A stretch of 64,000 nucleotides of DNA from the human T2T-CHM13v2.0 reference genome, Homo sapiens, in assembly GCF_009914755.1 (NCBI RefSeq), contig NC_060935.1; one strand, given 5' to 3'. The notes under the pieces were generated by a model. That model was not told where the DNA came from. It did no database searches and saw only the letters and a list, made by a program, of their open reading frames with translations. The stretch's first letter is position 1. The number at the start of each line of letters is the position of its first letter. Positions 1-35,186 of this stretch are shown piece by piece. The position numbers and the translations under genes are program-made.

Positions 1-300
1 AGGCTAGTCCCCGGCTTGGCTTGGGGGCCCGGAGCACCCCCGGTGGCCACCTCCGGCCTGCCCCGGAGCTTTGCGCGCGCCGTTCGGGCCTTCGCCAGCA
101 CCAAACAAGGGTGAAACCAGTTTTGTTTGGGTAACACTGAAGAGCAGAGGAAGTGGGGAGGAAAATGAGAAACACGGGGCCCGGGAGGAGGGGGGTGCAG
201 GGCTGCACGCCGCTGGGGTGCCAGGGGTCTCTTTTCGTTCTCTCCAAGCGAATTTTCAGGGAAAGTCTGTCCACTCCGGCTGGGGAAAGCCCAGTTCCTT
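1..300. other. CpG-rich segment, probably the edge of an IGF2-region CpG island
   Basis: High CpG density (gcgcgcgcc, cccggcgg etc.) that falls off after ~400. Confidence 0.5.
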
Positions 301-2288
301 ATAGGCAAATATTAAACCCGCATGCAGGCGCCCAACGGCCCTGTCGGCAGGAACAAGGTCACCCCTTGGCGTTGGGCAATGTCGGGCGATGGGGCAGTGG
401 CCCTAAGGGGACCTGTGGGGTGGGTGGGGGTACTGCCAGAGAGGGGGCACCGCTGGGGACCAGCAGAATGGTGGGGGATCCTGGGGCAACTACAGTGGGC
501 ATTGCTTGTCCCCATTGTCACCCCATAGGAGGACCCCGGCTAGAAGGGGGGCATCTCAAAGCCTGACACTGGGGAGGCAGAAGTTAATGGCCTTGGACAG
601 GTGTGGGGAGCTGGGCAGGATGAGGCATCTCTTTCACATTAGCTTGGCAAGACAGGGAGAACCCGCCCCCACCATGAAAAACAGCCCATTTTCCACCCAC
701 AGAACAAGACACGTGGGAATGTCCCCTTCAAATTTCTGTCTGCATCAATCACCCCCATGTCCCATTCCAAGAACATCTGGCCCATCTCTCCCCACCCATC
801 ACTGCCCCCCTTCCCACCAGCCTTCTGCAGCCTCCCCGTGTCCCCAGCTCTCTGGCCTCTCCGGCTGTGCCTATAGAAGGGGGAGCCTCCAGCAGAGAAC
901 CCCTGGCTGTGTTGATGTTTTCCTCTGCAGGGTGACTTGTAAATTTGGGGGTGAGGAGCATTTGAAAGGTGCCTGTCTGCAAACCTGGTCCCCGGGAGAG
1001 CGGACTAGGTTGCCGAGGCTCCCGTCATGGACAAAACCAGGGCCCCCAGGGCCAGCTCTAGGCTCCCCCCACCTTCTCCTCCACGCCTGCTTCCCAGGCT
1101 GGGGACAGGTTGGGCATCGGGGGTGAGCCCCAGTTCCGAGTTGTGGGTTCTCCTCCTCTTTGGGGGTGCTGGGGACAATTACACCAGTGACCTGTTTGGG
1201 GGTCCCTTCCCTTTGTTCTGCCCTGCCGAGGTGCCTTCCCCCAGGGGGCCACCGCTCATGCTTGAAAACGCATGCCTGGACTTTTTAAGGTAGGAAGAAG
1301 GCTGAGGGTCACCTTGGGGTGCCCACAGCAGGGTGTAGTGGCCCTGTAGGGAGGGAGGAGCAGGTGGGGGAGTGGGGGTGCACACATGTTCCCCCTCCCT
1401 CGTGGGGCTGCCTGCTGAGTGCTCTCCTTATTTAGTCAGAAGTGACCAGGGCAGGCTGGAGGCTGGGGCAGACGCGGGTCACCCTGAGGCTCGAAAAGCA
1501 CACCGGCTCCCCTCTAGTCAAGACCAGCATTGGGGTTCTTCCTCAAGACTGGCTCCTCCCCCACTACTTCCAGCCCCCGGAGGTAGGAAGGGTCCCGCCA
1601 GCAGTCCAAGGGTGTTGGGAGGGGGCCAGGGTCTCCTCCCACCCAGAGCTTGGCCGGCAGGAACTTTAGCCCCAAGCAGCGTCCGCCCCCCAGCCCTGAA
1701 CCAGCACCTCACCAGGGCAACGCTAGTCTCCTCTCCACTGGCAAACCCACATTCCACAGAGGATGAACATCCCCTCAAGGACTCAGACTCACCCCATGGA
1801 GCCTGGCCCATGCCCCAGCCTCGGCCTGTGGCTGCTCCCCATCCCCTCGCTCACCAGCCCTGAAGTGGGCCTTTCTCATTCCCATTTCCTCCCCAGCTCT
1901 GGCTCTGAGCTCACCGCTCCGCCGTCCGTGGGACCAAGCCCAGCATTTTACAAACCCAGCTCCTTTCTCCAAGGGTCCTCAGAGCGCCCCTCCGTCACCC
2001 CCTGCAGGGCGCCGCAGACGAGGCGCTGACCTTGCGCTCGCTCCCCTCGCTGGGGAAGGACACACTCGCTGGCGTCAGCCCGGCCGGCCTGGGAAGTAGG
2101 ACTAAGGACCCGAACTGCAACCCTCCACACCAGACAGCACAGACCACCCCAAGGCTGCTCAATCTGCCCAAAGCCAAAAGTACGTGGGGGATATGGGTCC
2201 AGGTTGGGGTGCTTGGGAGAGGGCCCTGGGAGAGGGGTTCAGACGGTGCACACTCCAAAGGACTGAGGCGGTGCCACTGTGTTACCAT

Positions 2289-2294
2289 TTTATT
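2289..2294 (-). terminator. AATAAA polyadenylation signal, probably for the short INS-IGF2 transcript
   Basis: tttatt on + at 2289-2294, ~0.9 kb downstream of the exon containing the INS-IGF2 stop codon. Confidence 0.55.
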
Positions 2295-3215
2295 GAGTGT
2301 CTAAGGTAAAGACACCTTTGAAAGAACACTCCCGGCTTCTATCTGGGATGGGCAAATCAGCCTGAAGAGTCACCTGCTGGATCCCTCCCTGCAGGCCCTG
2401 TCGTGGGGCAGGTACAGGGACTCCAATCCATGTGCCTCCAGCTCCAACGCTCCCCAAGTCCTGGAGCCTCCCCTGTCACCCCAGTGCCTGACCAGTGAAT
2501 GGGTGCTGCCCCCACTACAGAGCTCCCTCTGGCTGAGGCAGAGGCCACTGGCTGGGCCTTTCTAGCCACCTTTCACCCCTCTTGCACACGGGAAGCCCCG
2601 CAGGCTCCTGACCACAATGGGATCCTGACGCCGGAGCCCCTTAGGCCCTTTGCTCAGAAGGCCTCTGGTTATTACCTCAATTCTGAACAGCCAGGAGGCC
2701 TGAGACTGTCACCCACTTTGATAAATACAGACCGACAGAAAGGTCAGGCCATTGGTGCAAGACCCCATGGCCAGCAGCCTGGGGCGGGGAGAACCCCGGG
2801 GTCTCACAGCCCCCAGCAGAGCCCAGCTTTCCTTGGGTTTTTAGGTTCTTCCCCAATGATATTTTCCTTTTCCCTCTCTACCCACTTTCTGCCCCCCATC
2901 TTCTCCCCTTTGGCTGCCCGCTCTCTCCCTGCCCCTCTCCCCTTCTTTGCCCTCTTTCGTCTCCCAGGAGCTCCCCTGCCAGGACCTCGGTGCCGTGGAG
3001 ACTGCGGGGAACCTGCTCTGCCCACACCTGCTCTGGCCCCTAGACGGAAGCACCTGGAGCCAACCACGGAACTCCAGATCCCAGCTGTGTGACTGAATCC
3101 ACGCCAGCCTCTCTGAGCCAAAGCTGCTTGCAGAAGGGGGAGATCCCAGTTCGAAGACTCCCGCGCAGAGCCTGTGGCCCTCTCTGCCAGGCCTCAGGGT
3201 GCCTGAGACACTCAC

Positions 3216-17200
<13,985 letters not shown>

Positions 17201-17217
17201 CGGGGCTCTTTGCGCTG

Positions 17218-19342
17218 CTGTCCCCAGACCCCTGTCCCCAGGACCCCTGTCCCCAGGACCCCTGTCCCCAGGACCCCTGTGCCCACACCCCTGTCCTCAG
17301 ACCCCTGTCCCCAGGACCCCTGTCCCCACACCCCTGTCCCCACACCCCTGTCCCCGGGACCCCTGTCCCCACACCCCTGTCCCCACACCCCTGTCCCCAC
17401 ACCCCTGTCCCCACACCCCTGTCCCCGGGACCCCTGTCCCCACACCCCTGTCCCCACACCCCTGTCCCCAGGACCCCTGTCCCCACACCCCTGTCCCCAC
17501 ACCCCTGTCCCCAGGACCCCTGTCCCCACACCCCTGTCCCCACACCCCTGTCCCCACACCCCTGTCCCCACACCCCTGTCCCCACACCCCTGTCCCCACA
17601 CCCCTGTCCCCAGGACCCCTGTCCCCACACCCCTGTCCCCACACCCCTGTCCCCACACCCCTGTCCCCACACCCCTGTCCCCAGACCCCTGTCCCCAGGA
17701 CCCCTGTCCCCACACCCCTGTCCCCACACCCCTGTCCCCACACCCCTGTCCCCACACCCCTATCCCCACACCCCTGTCCCCAGACCCCTGTCCCCAGGAC
17801 CCCTGTCCCCACACCCCTGTCCCCACACCCCTGTCCCCACACCCCTATCCCCACACCCCTGTCCCCAGACCCCTGTCCCCAGGACCCCTGTCCCCACACC
17901 CCTGTCCCCACACCCCTATCCCCACACCCCTGTCCCCAGACCCCTGTCCCCACACCCCTGTCCCCAGGACCCCTGTCCCTACACCCCTGTCCCCACACCC
18001 CTGTCCCCACACCCCTGTCCCCAGACCCCTGTCCCCACACCCCTGTCCCCACACCCCTGTCCCCACACCCCTGTCCCCAGACCCCTGTCCCCACACCCCT
18101 GTCCCCACACCCCTGTCCCCAGACCCCTGTCCCCACACCCCTGTCCCCCGGACCCCTGTCCCCACACCCCTGTCCCCACACCCCTGTCCCCACACCCCTG
18201 TCCCCACACCCCTGTCCCCCGGACCCCTGTCCCCACACCCCTGTCCCCACACCCCTGTCCCCACACCCCTGTCCCCAGGACCCCTGTCCCCACACCCCTG
18301 TCCCCACACCCCTGTCCCCAGGACCCCTGTCCCCACACCCCTGTCCCCACACCCCTGTCCCCACACCCCTGTCCCCACACCCCTGTCCCCAGACCCCTGT
18401 CCCCACACCCCTGTCCCCAGACCCCTGTCCCCACACCCCTGTCCCCCGGACCCCTGTCCCCACACCCCTGTCCCCAGACCCCTGTCCCCACACCCCTGTC
18501 CCCACACCCCTGTCCCCACACCCCTGTCCCCAGGACCCCTGTCCCCACACCCCTGTCCCCACACCCCTGTCCCCACACCCCTGTCCCCAGACCCCTGTCC
18601 CCACACCCCTGTCCCCCGGACCCCTGTCCCCACACCCCTGTCCCCAGACCCCTGTCCCCACACCCCTGTCCCCACACCCCTATCCCCACACCCCTGTCCC
18701 CACACCCCTGTCCCCAGGACCCCTGTCCCCACACCCCTGTCCCCAGACCCCTGTCCCCACACCCCTGTCCCCCGGACCCCTGTCCCCACACCCCTGTCCC
18801 CACACCCCTGTCCCCACACCCCTGTCCCCACACCCCTGTCCCCACACCCCTGTCCCCAGGACCCCTGTCCCCACACCCCTGTCCCCACACCCCTGTCCCC
18901 AGGACCCCTGTCCCCAGGACCCCTGTCCCCACACCCCTGTCCCCACACCCCTATCCCCACACCCCTGTCCCCACACCCCTGTCCCCACACCCCTGTCCCC
19001 AGGACCCCTGTCCCCACACCCCTGTCCCCAGGACCCCTGTCCCCACACCCCTGTCCCCACACCCCTGTCCCCACACCCCTGTCCCCACACCCCTGTCCCC
19101 AGGACCCCTGTCCCCACACCCCTGTCCCCAGACCCCTGTCCCCACACCCCTGTCCCCACACCCCTGTCCCCAGACCCCTGTCCCCACACCCCTGTCCCCC
19201 GGACCCCTGTCCCCACACCCCTGTCCCCAGACCCCTGTCCCCACACCCCTGTCCCCACACCCCTGTCCCCAGACCCCTGTCCCCACACCCCTGTCCCCAG
19301 GACCCTGTCCCCGGACCCCTGTCCCCAGGACCCCTGTCCCCA
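17218..19342. repeat. INS VNTR / ILPR minisatellite (ACAGGGGTGTGGGG on minus), ~148-150 units, class III
   Basis: ~2125 bp of 14-15 bp units starting ~360 bp upstream of the INS TSS. The unit count is estimated from length. Confidence 0.98.
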
Positions 19343-21311
19343 GTCCCGGATGGCCCAAGATGCCGCCATGGATGGGCCAAGGTGGTGGGGGTGGGAGAGT
19401 GGGAGTGAGGGAGGGGTCCCCTCCCTGCTGGCTGCCTAGTTCCCACCCTGCCTTAGGACAGCAGCCCCAGCTGAGGCCCTCAGCTCCCCAGGGTGGCAGA
19501 AGGAGGGCATGACCTGGGGACCTGGGGACAAGCAGCAAGTCCTCAGCAGGCCACTCGGACCTCATCTTCCGTGTGATCTGGGGGTGGCGGCAGGACTCTG
19601 GGGGTGGGCAGGTGTGGGAAGCTGTGCACTGGCCCAGCTCCGTCCTGGCCCCCCAGGCACCCTCTCAGCCCCCACTCCTCTTCTGGGAGCCCATCTCCCC
19701 TCTCCTGGCCAGGTCCCATGACACCATCACCCCCATAGTGTCATCTGGGCTGAGCCCCTGGGGTACACCCCTCCGGCCCTCCCAGCTCCCCAGAACAGGC
19801 ACCTGGAGGTCCAGCCTGACCCATGGTGAGGGGGCATGGGCTCCGAGCCCTGCTGCCTGCAGCCCCTACCTGCCTCTTAGCACCAGGGGCAGGATCAGGA
19901 GGTCCCAGAAGCAGGAGGATGAGACCATGGGGGCAGGCAGGTTGGAGTATCCTGTGCCCCGGCCCCTCGCATCCCTATGTCCCACCCTGGCCTCAGCCTC
20001 GGAACCTCTCGGGGCCGCTCTGCACACACCCAGCCTTTGGCTCTCCTGCCCCGAGCGGGTTTGGTAGTGGGCACCAGCTATCTGCAGGACCCCTCCCTTC
20101 CGCCCTTTCCACCCTGAGCCATGCCACAGCAGGACATGCGGTGGCTGCCCCAGGACGCCACAGTGCTCTGAGGCCCGGCAGCTGGAGAGGACATGGGTGC
20201 CTCCTTGAGAGGAGTGTGTAGGGAGGGAGGCTGGATGGGGGGAGCCCAGGTAGGAGGGCAGAGCCAGGCGCTGGCAGGGCCGGGGGGAGGCAAGGCAGGC
20301 ACTTCCCCAGGGCTTCCTGGGGGCTCACAGCCCTTCAGAGACACCCCCAGCTGCAACCTCAGGGGCTGGGCACTAACAAGGTGTGTGAGGAACAGACTGC
20401 CAGGCTGGGAAGGACCACCATGCCCAGGAGGGCCTTCGTGGATGAGTAGGAGTTTGCCAGTGTTGTCGGCCAGGGAGCTGAGATCCAGGATCCCAGCAGC
20501 GTGTAGTGGGGTGGCTGGAGGGAGGCAGAGACCTTGAAGGCCAGCTGGTGTCCCAGCACCCCCTGCAGGATGCCCTGGGGCTGCTCTCTCCAAGGTAGGA
20601 AGGGGACACCCTGGCCGGTCAAGCCTGGAGGGTGTTGGGTGCTCTCTCTGGAGGGCAATGTCCAGGCCCCTCGAGTAAGCCAGGGGCATCTTACAGAGTC
20701 TGAAATCCAGCCCCCATCCTGCCTCGCTGGGGAGACAGGCCCAGACCATCTGCCTGGGCACCAGCTCAGCCAGACCCTCCCCATCAGCACACATGCTGGG
20801 GGCCACACTGAGGTTCCCCTTGGTTCGCAGGGCCTGCTCCGGGTGGGTGAGGGCATCAGGGCAGCTGTTCCTCCATCCCTGTTTCTCTCAAGGGCTGGGA
20901 GCCCTGTCAGCAGGGAGGGTTAGGCCTGCAGGCCCACCTCTGAGACCACCCCCAGCCAGCACAGTTTGTGACCCCTGCTCCCTGCCAGGCCTGAGAGAGG
21001 CCCTCCCACTGTCACGTGGCTCCCCACCTTGGGAGGGCACCCCACGGAGATGGGGCAGCTCGGCCAGGGTGCCCGAGCCTCTGGAGCTGCTTGGGGCTCA
21101 GAGCTGGGCGGGGCCTCAGGGTGAGCGGGGAAACCAGGCCCGGAGGGGCCAGCTGCCTGGCCAGGGCGGCCAGCCATCTCCCAGAGGAGGAAGGAGGCCA
21201 GGGCGAAACCTCTGAGTGAGGCTGGGGTGGGGGTGTGGGAGTCTGAGGATCCCAGGGTCTGTCTCTGTGGCACAGATGTGGGGCCAGGCAGGTGTAGAGA
21301 CCACAGTTTCT

Positions 21312-21317
21312 TTTATT
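21312..21317 (-). terminator. TH polyadenylation signal AATAAA (mRNA end ~21296)
   Basis: tttatt on +, ~280 nt downstream of the TH stop codon. Confidence 0.9.
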
Positions 21318-21598
21318 GTGACGGTGATTGGGGCAGCAGACAGTGTCAGGGAAGGGCGGAGGGCAGTGCAGCAGCCCCCAGGACCCTGGGAGCCAGGACA
21401 GGACCTCACCACAGGCAGCACAACCTCACCACGGGCACACACAGCTGTTGCGCTGAGAAGCAGGTGCAGGGGCAGTGGGAGCCTGGCAGCAGGGAGGGCA
21501 TGGGGGGCACCCGGGACCCAGCCCCTCACCAGGGCCTGAGCTCCGGGACAGTGCAGGACCAGGGGAGGTTGGGAAGGGCCCTCAGGGACGCCGTGCAC

Positions 21599-29163
<7,565 letters not shown>

Positions 29164-29189
29164 GGCTCAGTGTGGAGGTCCGGGCTCCG

Positions 29190-29400
29190 TCTCCACAGCC
29201 CTGGCCCAGCAGCCTCTTATAAGCTGAGCTGACGTCAAAGCCCCCTCTGGGTCCCCCACCTTCCCCTCCTTACATCCCCCACCCCTGCCTGCTGTGCCTG
29301 ATGGAGGCGGGGGTGGGTGAGGAAGGAGGGAGGCGCAGGAGAAAGGGCTCGTCCGTGGAATCTAATTGCCTTCACTCCCCAGCCCTGTCTGAATCATCCT
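29190..29400 (-). promoter_or_regulatory. TH proximal promoter: TATA 29217-29222, CRE TGACGTCA 29230-29237, AP-1-like TGATTCA 29390-29396
   Basis: Motifs read directly at the canonical spacing. Confidence 0.92.
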
Positions 29401-30439
29401 CAGCCCGCGGGCTTGCGGGGACCAGGGGCTCGTGCTCTGCGGGGGGCTGAGACAGCCAGGGTCCCCTTGGCCCCACAGCCCTCAAGAGAGCACACAGGGA
29501 GGGGCTTTCTGGCAGCCCAGGGGCACACTTTTAATGAACACCAGAACCTCGTGGCAGACCGACCCAGAAAGCCCCAAGACGGGGAATCCAGCCTCCAGCC
29601 TCAGATGTCAGGAGGCAATTTGTTTGCTTCTCCAGAAGATTCCAGGCCGTGTGTCTTGTAGACGTGGTTCCTAGGAGTGCCATCTGCCCACAGCCCCCGG
29701 GCCCTGCAGGTGTGGCCCTTGCAGCGGCTTCCCAAGCTCGCCCTGTGGGGTCCAGAATGTCCCAGGAGGGCCCACCTGTCCAGTGTGGAGGACCCTGGGA
29801 GGCTGAAGAAGACATCTCTAAGGAGACGCCACGCGTTTCCAAATGGCTGCCACCTCCTGCATCACAGTCCCCACCAGGGTTGCCAGGGCGACCAGGGCCA
29901 GGGACGGCTTCCACCCACCCCACTCAGCCCCTCTATGGCCCACTGCTAGCTCCTGGCTTCCCTCGGGGTCCTGTGGCCCCTTCTTTGAAGAGCACGCACG
30001 TCCCTCAGTGCTGAGGGCCCTGATGCCTTCCCCTTGGAGAGACCTTTGCAGTTTCTCCTCTACCCCACCAGGCCCCGGGTTGAGGGTGACCCTGGGGTGA
30101 CCTGAGAACTCCCTTGAGGACAACCCCAGCCTAGAGCCTCCCCCAAGTTCCATGTCCGCCCCGCAGGCACCCGCATCCAGCCCACGCCCACTGGCACCTC
30201 CTGCTCCCCGCCGCTGCCCCACCCAGGGAGAGTGATGCCCCTGCCCAGGGTGGCTTCTGGCCCTTCTGGTGGAAGGGGAGGCCTCCCCATCCCTCTGGGG
30301 TCAGCAGAGATGGCCAGAGCCCGCCTTGACAATGCTGGACTGTACAGAGGGAAGGACGTGGCCCCAGAGTGCATGGCCTGCGGCTGAACGCTGCCACCGC
30401 TGTCCCTCCTGGAGAAGAACCGTTTCCGACAGGGCTTGG

Positions 30440-30515
30440 GGCTTCCTGTATCTGCTGGGCTTTCTGGTGTTGGCAGCCCAAGATGACACCCTGGGCCCAG
30501 CAGGAGCCAGAAGCC
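30440..30515 (+). ncRNA. MIR4686: microRNA 4686 precursor (mature sequence ~30449-30471)
   Basis: Hairpin ggcttc..ctgctgggc...ggtgt / acacc...gcccagcag..gaagcc. Mature UAUCUGCUGGGCUUUCUGGUGUU recognised from memory. Confidence 0.85.
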
Positions 30516-32290
30516 CTAGACGCTCCCTGACTTCTCGAAGGCCTACCCCGGCTGGTCACTGTGGCACCCAGAGCTGGCATCTCTCAGGGCCCACTCTGCT
30601 CCTGTCAGCTGTGGGACTCCCCGCTCCCCGTTCTCTCTTCAACAATAGCCCCTGGGACCTTTCCTAAAACTGCTTCAGCCATGGCATCCCTGTCCCACAC
30701 CCCTCCGTGGCTCCTCGCTGCCCTCTGCAGGCAGGCTGAGTGCTCAGTCAAAGCAAAGGGAAGACCCCCCAACCCTTCCCACTTCCTGGCCCAGAAGGAT
30801 TTGGGGCTCCGTGATCCCCGGTTTGCAGTGTCATTCCTCACCCACCTCTTATCCGGGTGAACTCCTATGCATCCCACAAAACCCAGTTCCGTCGCTGCTC
30901 ACTCTGCAATGCCTGCCCTTTCTTGCCACGATATTAATGCCCCTCCCTTGCGCTCCCCTGGAACATCCCTGGGGGCAGGGAAGCCTACCGCTCGGCCCCT
31001 GCTGTCTCTCAGCACCCAGTGCAGACCCTGTCCTCTCTCGGAGATGCTATGCCCCTCCACGGTGTTCCCCAAAGGCCTCCACCTCCTGTGGGTCCTGCCC
31101 ACAGTAGGTCTGGGTGCCTGCTCAGAAGGGCGTTGGAGGGATTTGCCTCCAAGACCTCAGCCTGAAGGCTCAGCCTCTGGCCTCGCCCTGCAGCCCGTGA
31201 GCTTCTGTCACCCAGGGCTGAGGCCCACCCACCTGAGTCCCTGGTGATGGCCCTTGGGTGGCCCAGCCTCCATGCCCAGTGTCCAGGCCTGGTGAAGCTC
31301 TGCATGGCTCCCCCGAGCTCCCCTCAAGGTCCCCAGAAAGAGTCTCATTTGCCTCCCCCAGGGTCGGCTGCTGAGGATCCCTCGGTGAGGCAGCTCCAGG
31401 CCCCCCAGCACCCTGCCCCAGCTCTGCCCAGGGCAGCCCCAGTGCTCAGGTGCCCAGGCCAGGAGGAGAGACATGCCTGATGAACACCACGCCGGAGGCT
31501 CATGGCCCACACTGCCGGATGTGGATTTAACCTTTCAGCAAATGTCTTCCACTGATACAAATATTGCTTTTTAATTCGGTTTCCTGCCGGGCCAGTTGTG
31601 CTTTCATGGAAGCCCGATGGGAACTAAGCTTACTAGACTCTTCCTTGGGGCCAGGCTCTCTGGAGGCAGGAGCCCAGGCCAGGTACTGAGGCTGGGGAGG
31701 CCCCTGGACCCCTGTGGAGGTGAGTGCTGCCCTCAGGTGCCTGCACCTGCCCTGCCTCCAGCCTCCCGCCCCAATCAGGCAGCATCCATCCCTGCCTATC
31801 CATTCCTGGGAAGCCTGTCCCACACGCCAGCCCCTTCAGGGCCGGGGAACCATGCTGTACCCCAGATCCAAGGCCCCTGTTGGCACAGAGGTGCCCCCGA
31901 CTCCAGTCCTGGCCCTGGCCCCGCCCTCCTTTGTGCCGTGCCCCTCTCCGATTCCAGATGGTGAGGGTATCCATGGAGGCCCCGAAAGTCCACCCTGGCC
32001 AGCCTCCCCGCTCCCAGCCCGAGGGTACCTCTCCAGTCTGGACCACCCATGATTGAGCCATGCCCCGTGTCACCCACCTGCCTCTGGCCCTCTCCAGAGA
32101 TGTCCACAAACACCAGGAAGGCTCCACCCCAGCGCCCACGGGACGAGGCCTCTCCACGCTGGGCACAGGCCTGGAGGGAGCACACGGCTGGCCCCTGGTC
32201 TTGGTAGAGCTCAGTGCTGGGTCAGCCTGCGGCATCCACGTTCGGGCAGCTGAGGTGTTCACAGACCCATTCTGCAGATGCGAGGACTGA

Positions 32291-32670
<380 letters not shown>

Positions 32671-33604
32671 TGACACTGGTCTTTCAAAGATCCGGTGGCA
32701 TCCATCCCCTGGCACTGTGGGGCTCAGGAACCTAGGCCACAGGGAACAAATCAGACAGGCTGCTGTGACCAGCGTCCCATCTACAGAGACCCCAGAGGGA
32801 AGGGCAGAGCTGGGACAGGGTTCTCTGGAGGCCGAGGTCACGCCCCAAGAGACCCCTGGGGCCAGCATACTGGCCCCTGGGAAGGAGAAGGGCTGGAGCG
32901 GAGCCCCACCAGGGGGGGCTATGAGGTGGGGCCAGGAGTGAGGGCCGACCCAGGCCAGATCAGAGACAAAACAGGTGACCAGGGGAGTGGGGGCCCCGCA
33001 GAGGTCTGAGGAGCCCTTGCTGTCCCCTCCATTGCACCAGGCTCCACCTTCCTGCACAGAGCCCTCTGGGCTTCCCTCCATACCCCACCACCCTCCACCA
33101 CTTCCGCCGTCCCTGTGGTTACAGCCCCTGCCACCATGGCCGTAAGGAATGCTGAGCCAGCTCCACAATGGAGCGTGTTCTCTCTCAACAGCCTCTCAGC
33201 CCGAGGCTTAATCACCCAGATTAATCACCCAGCACGTCTGTGCCCTGGGACTGGTGCCCGCTCCCCGCGTGGGGCAGGGGCAGAGTGCTGACTTCAACCT
33301 GGCTGTGAGGCTGCTCCGCCCACAGGGCGAGTCTCTGAGGCCACCAGGCCTGCTCCCCAGCACCAGCCTTGCCCACCACGGGCCCTTCCCAAATCCAGGC
33401 CTGCTGGAGGAGCCCAGCCATGTGCTGGGGAGGGGCCCAGGAGGTGTTCTGGGTCCCCTGGCTGACAGGCATCGCCCTGTGGCTCTGCAGGGTCTAGCCA
33501 TGGCCTGGCTGTGGTGTGCACAGGGCTCAGGTGGCCCTGTGATCTTTGAGAGCCAGCATGGTGTCCTCTTGCAAGTGCCTAGGCAAATGCAGGCATCTGT
33601 GTGA

Positions 33605-34170
33605 GGCACACACACATGCACACATGGGGCACACAAGCACACACACAACACTCCATGCACGTGTGAGCACCCATGACACAGGTACACACCACAGGTACAA
33701 GCAGCATCCACACACTGCACATGCAAGCACACTCACACATGACGTGTACATAGCACACATACAGGCACACTCAGACATAACACATGTGTGCACCACACAC
33801 ATGCACACACAGATGCATATGACACATGCATGCATATATGTACAAGCACACTTACATGGCACCTGTACACACCACACATACAAGTGTACTCATGTACACG
33901 ATACACATACGATGCACTCGTAATGACCCACGGACACACCAGATGCACACACGGATGTGCATGCACTACACAGGCAAACACACTCATATATGACACAGTA
34001 CACACAACATATACAAGTGTGCTCATACATGACACAGGCACACACCACACACGAGCACACACTACACATGTGCGTGCATGCATGACACGTGTACACATCA
34101 CATGCACACACACAGGCGATACAGGTGCACACGTGTACATGCACACACACACACACATGCTGGAGCACAC
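33605..34170. repeat. Degenerate (CA)/(CATG)-rich simple repeat
   Basis: Low-complexity purine-pyrimidine alternation. Confidence 0.9.
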
Positions 34171-35186
34171 ACTGCCCCCCCGCCCATGTCTACTCCGCAG
34201 TTCTCTTTATAGCCCGGGGTCCCCAGGGTCCCCAGAGATGCCCCCTCTAGAGCCTGGCTCCCAGGGACACCGGCCTGCAGCCTCCCAGATCCCCACTCAC
34301 ATTTGGGAGACAGTGGGGGACCTCCTGAGGATTTGGGGTGTCATGCCACCCTGGGCTGTCCCTCAGTTCCCATTGTCCCAAGAAGGCAGGGGACAGTGAG
34401 TCCTGCATCCTCCCCTCACGCCATCTTGCCCCGCCTGGGGTGCAGGGCCTTTCTCTGCCGTGTAAGGAAGCAGCTCCCCTCCATCCCCCAAGCTGGAAGA
34501 ACCAAGACGCCCCAACACAGGACAGAATCCGCCGTCCCTGTCAGACCCAAATGCCAGAGCAATTATCCCTAATGAGGCCATCAGATGGAGCCCCACAGCA
34601 GGGCGGGCGGAGCGCATGGACGAGGTAGGCCCCGGAACAGCCGCCCTGCCAGTCGATCGGATGCACTTAGGGATAATTGGGTGTTTGGAAGTCAGGCCCA
34701 GAGCGAGGCCGGCAGAGCAGGCACCACGCCTCCTTCGGGCTCTGAGCCTGTGGGCTGCCTCTCCTCCTCCACACCCTGGACAGGCAGCCGGACCCTCCCT
34801 GTCCCCCACAGACGGCTCCCTGCCCCCCTTCTGCTACTGCTGCTGCCCACCTGGGGCTCCACTTTCCCTTCCCCACCAAATCCTGCCAGGCCCTCAGGCC
34901 CGGGCTGCCCTCCTCCTCCAGGCAGTCCCCCAGTGGCCTCCTCTCTGAGTCCCTCCAGCCTGGACAGCCAGTGCTGTCCTTCCATCCTTGTTGCCTGTAG
35001 GGACTGCCTCAGTGTTGAGACCCACCATGTAGGGGGCCGAAAAGAGGGTCCTGACTCAGCCCCTTGGGCCCTGGACTCAGTTTTGCCATCCACACAGTGG
35101 GGGGCATCAGGGATTAGCAGTTGCAGGCCCTTGTGGGAGGAGGGGTCAGCCTTGAGCCCCTTGTGTGTGTGGGACCCCCAAAGGCC

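Noticed and set aside
17218-19342. Regular array superficially like a CRISPR array
   Set aside because: Head-to-tail tandem units with no unique spacers, in human DNA.
31009-31030. Partial REST/NRSE-like word tcagcacc
   Set aside because: The right half-site GGACAG is absent, so it cannot be supported from sequence.
33527-34399. His/Thr-rich and Cys/Val-rich ORFs
   Set aside because: Translations of the (CA)n-like repeat.
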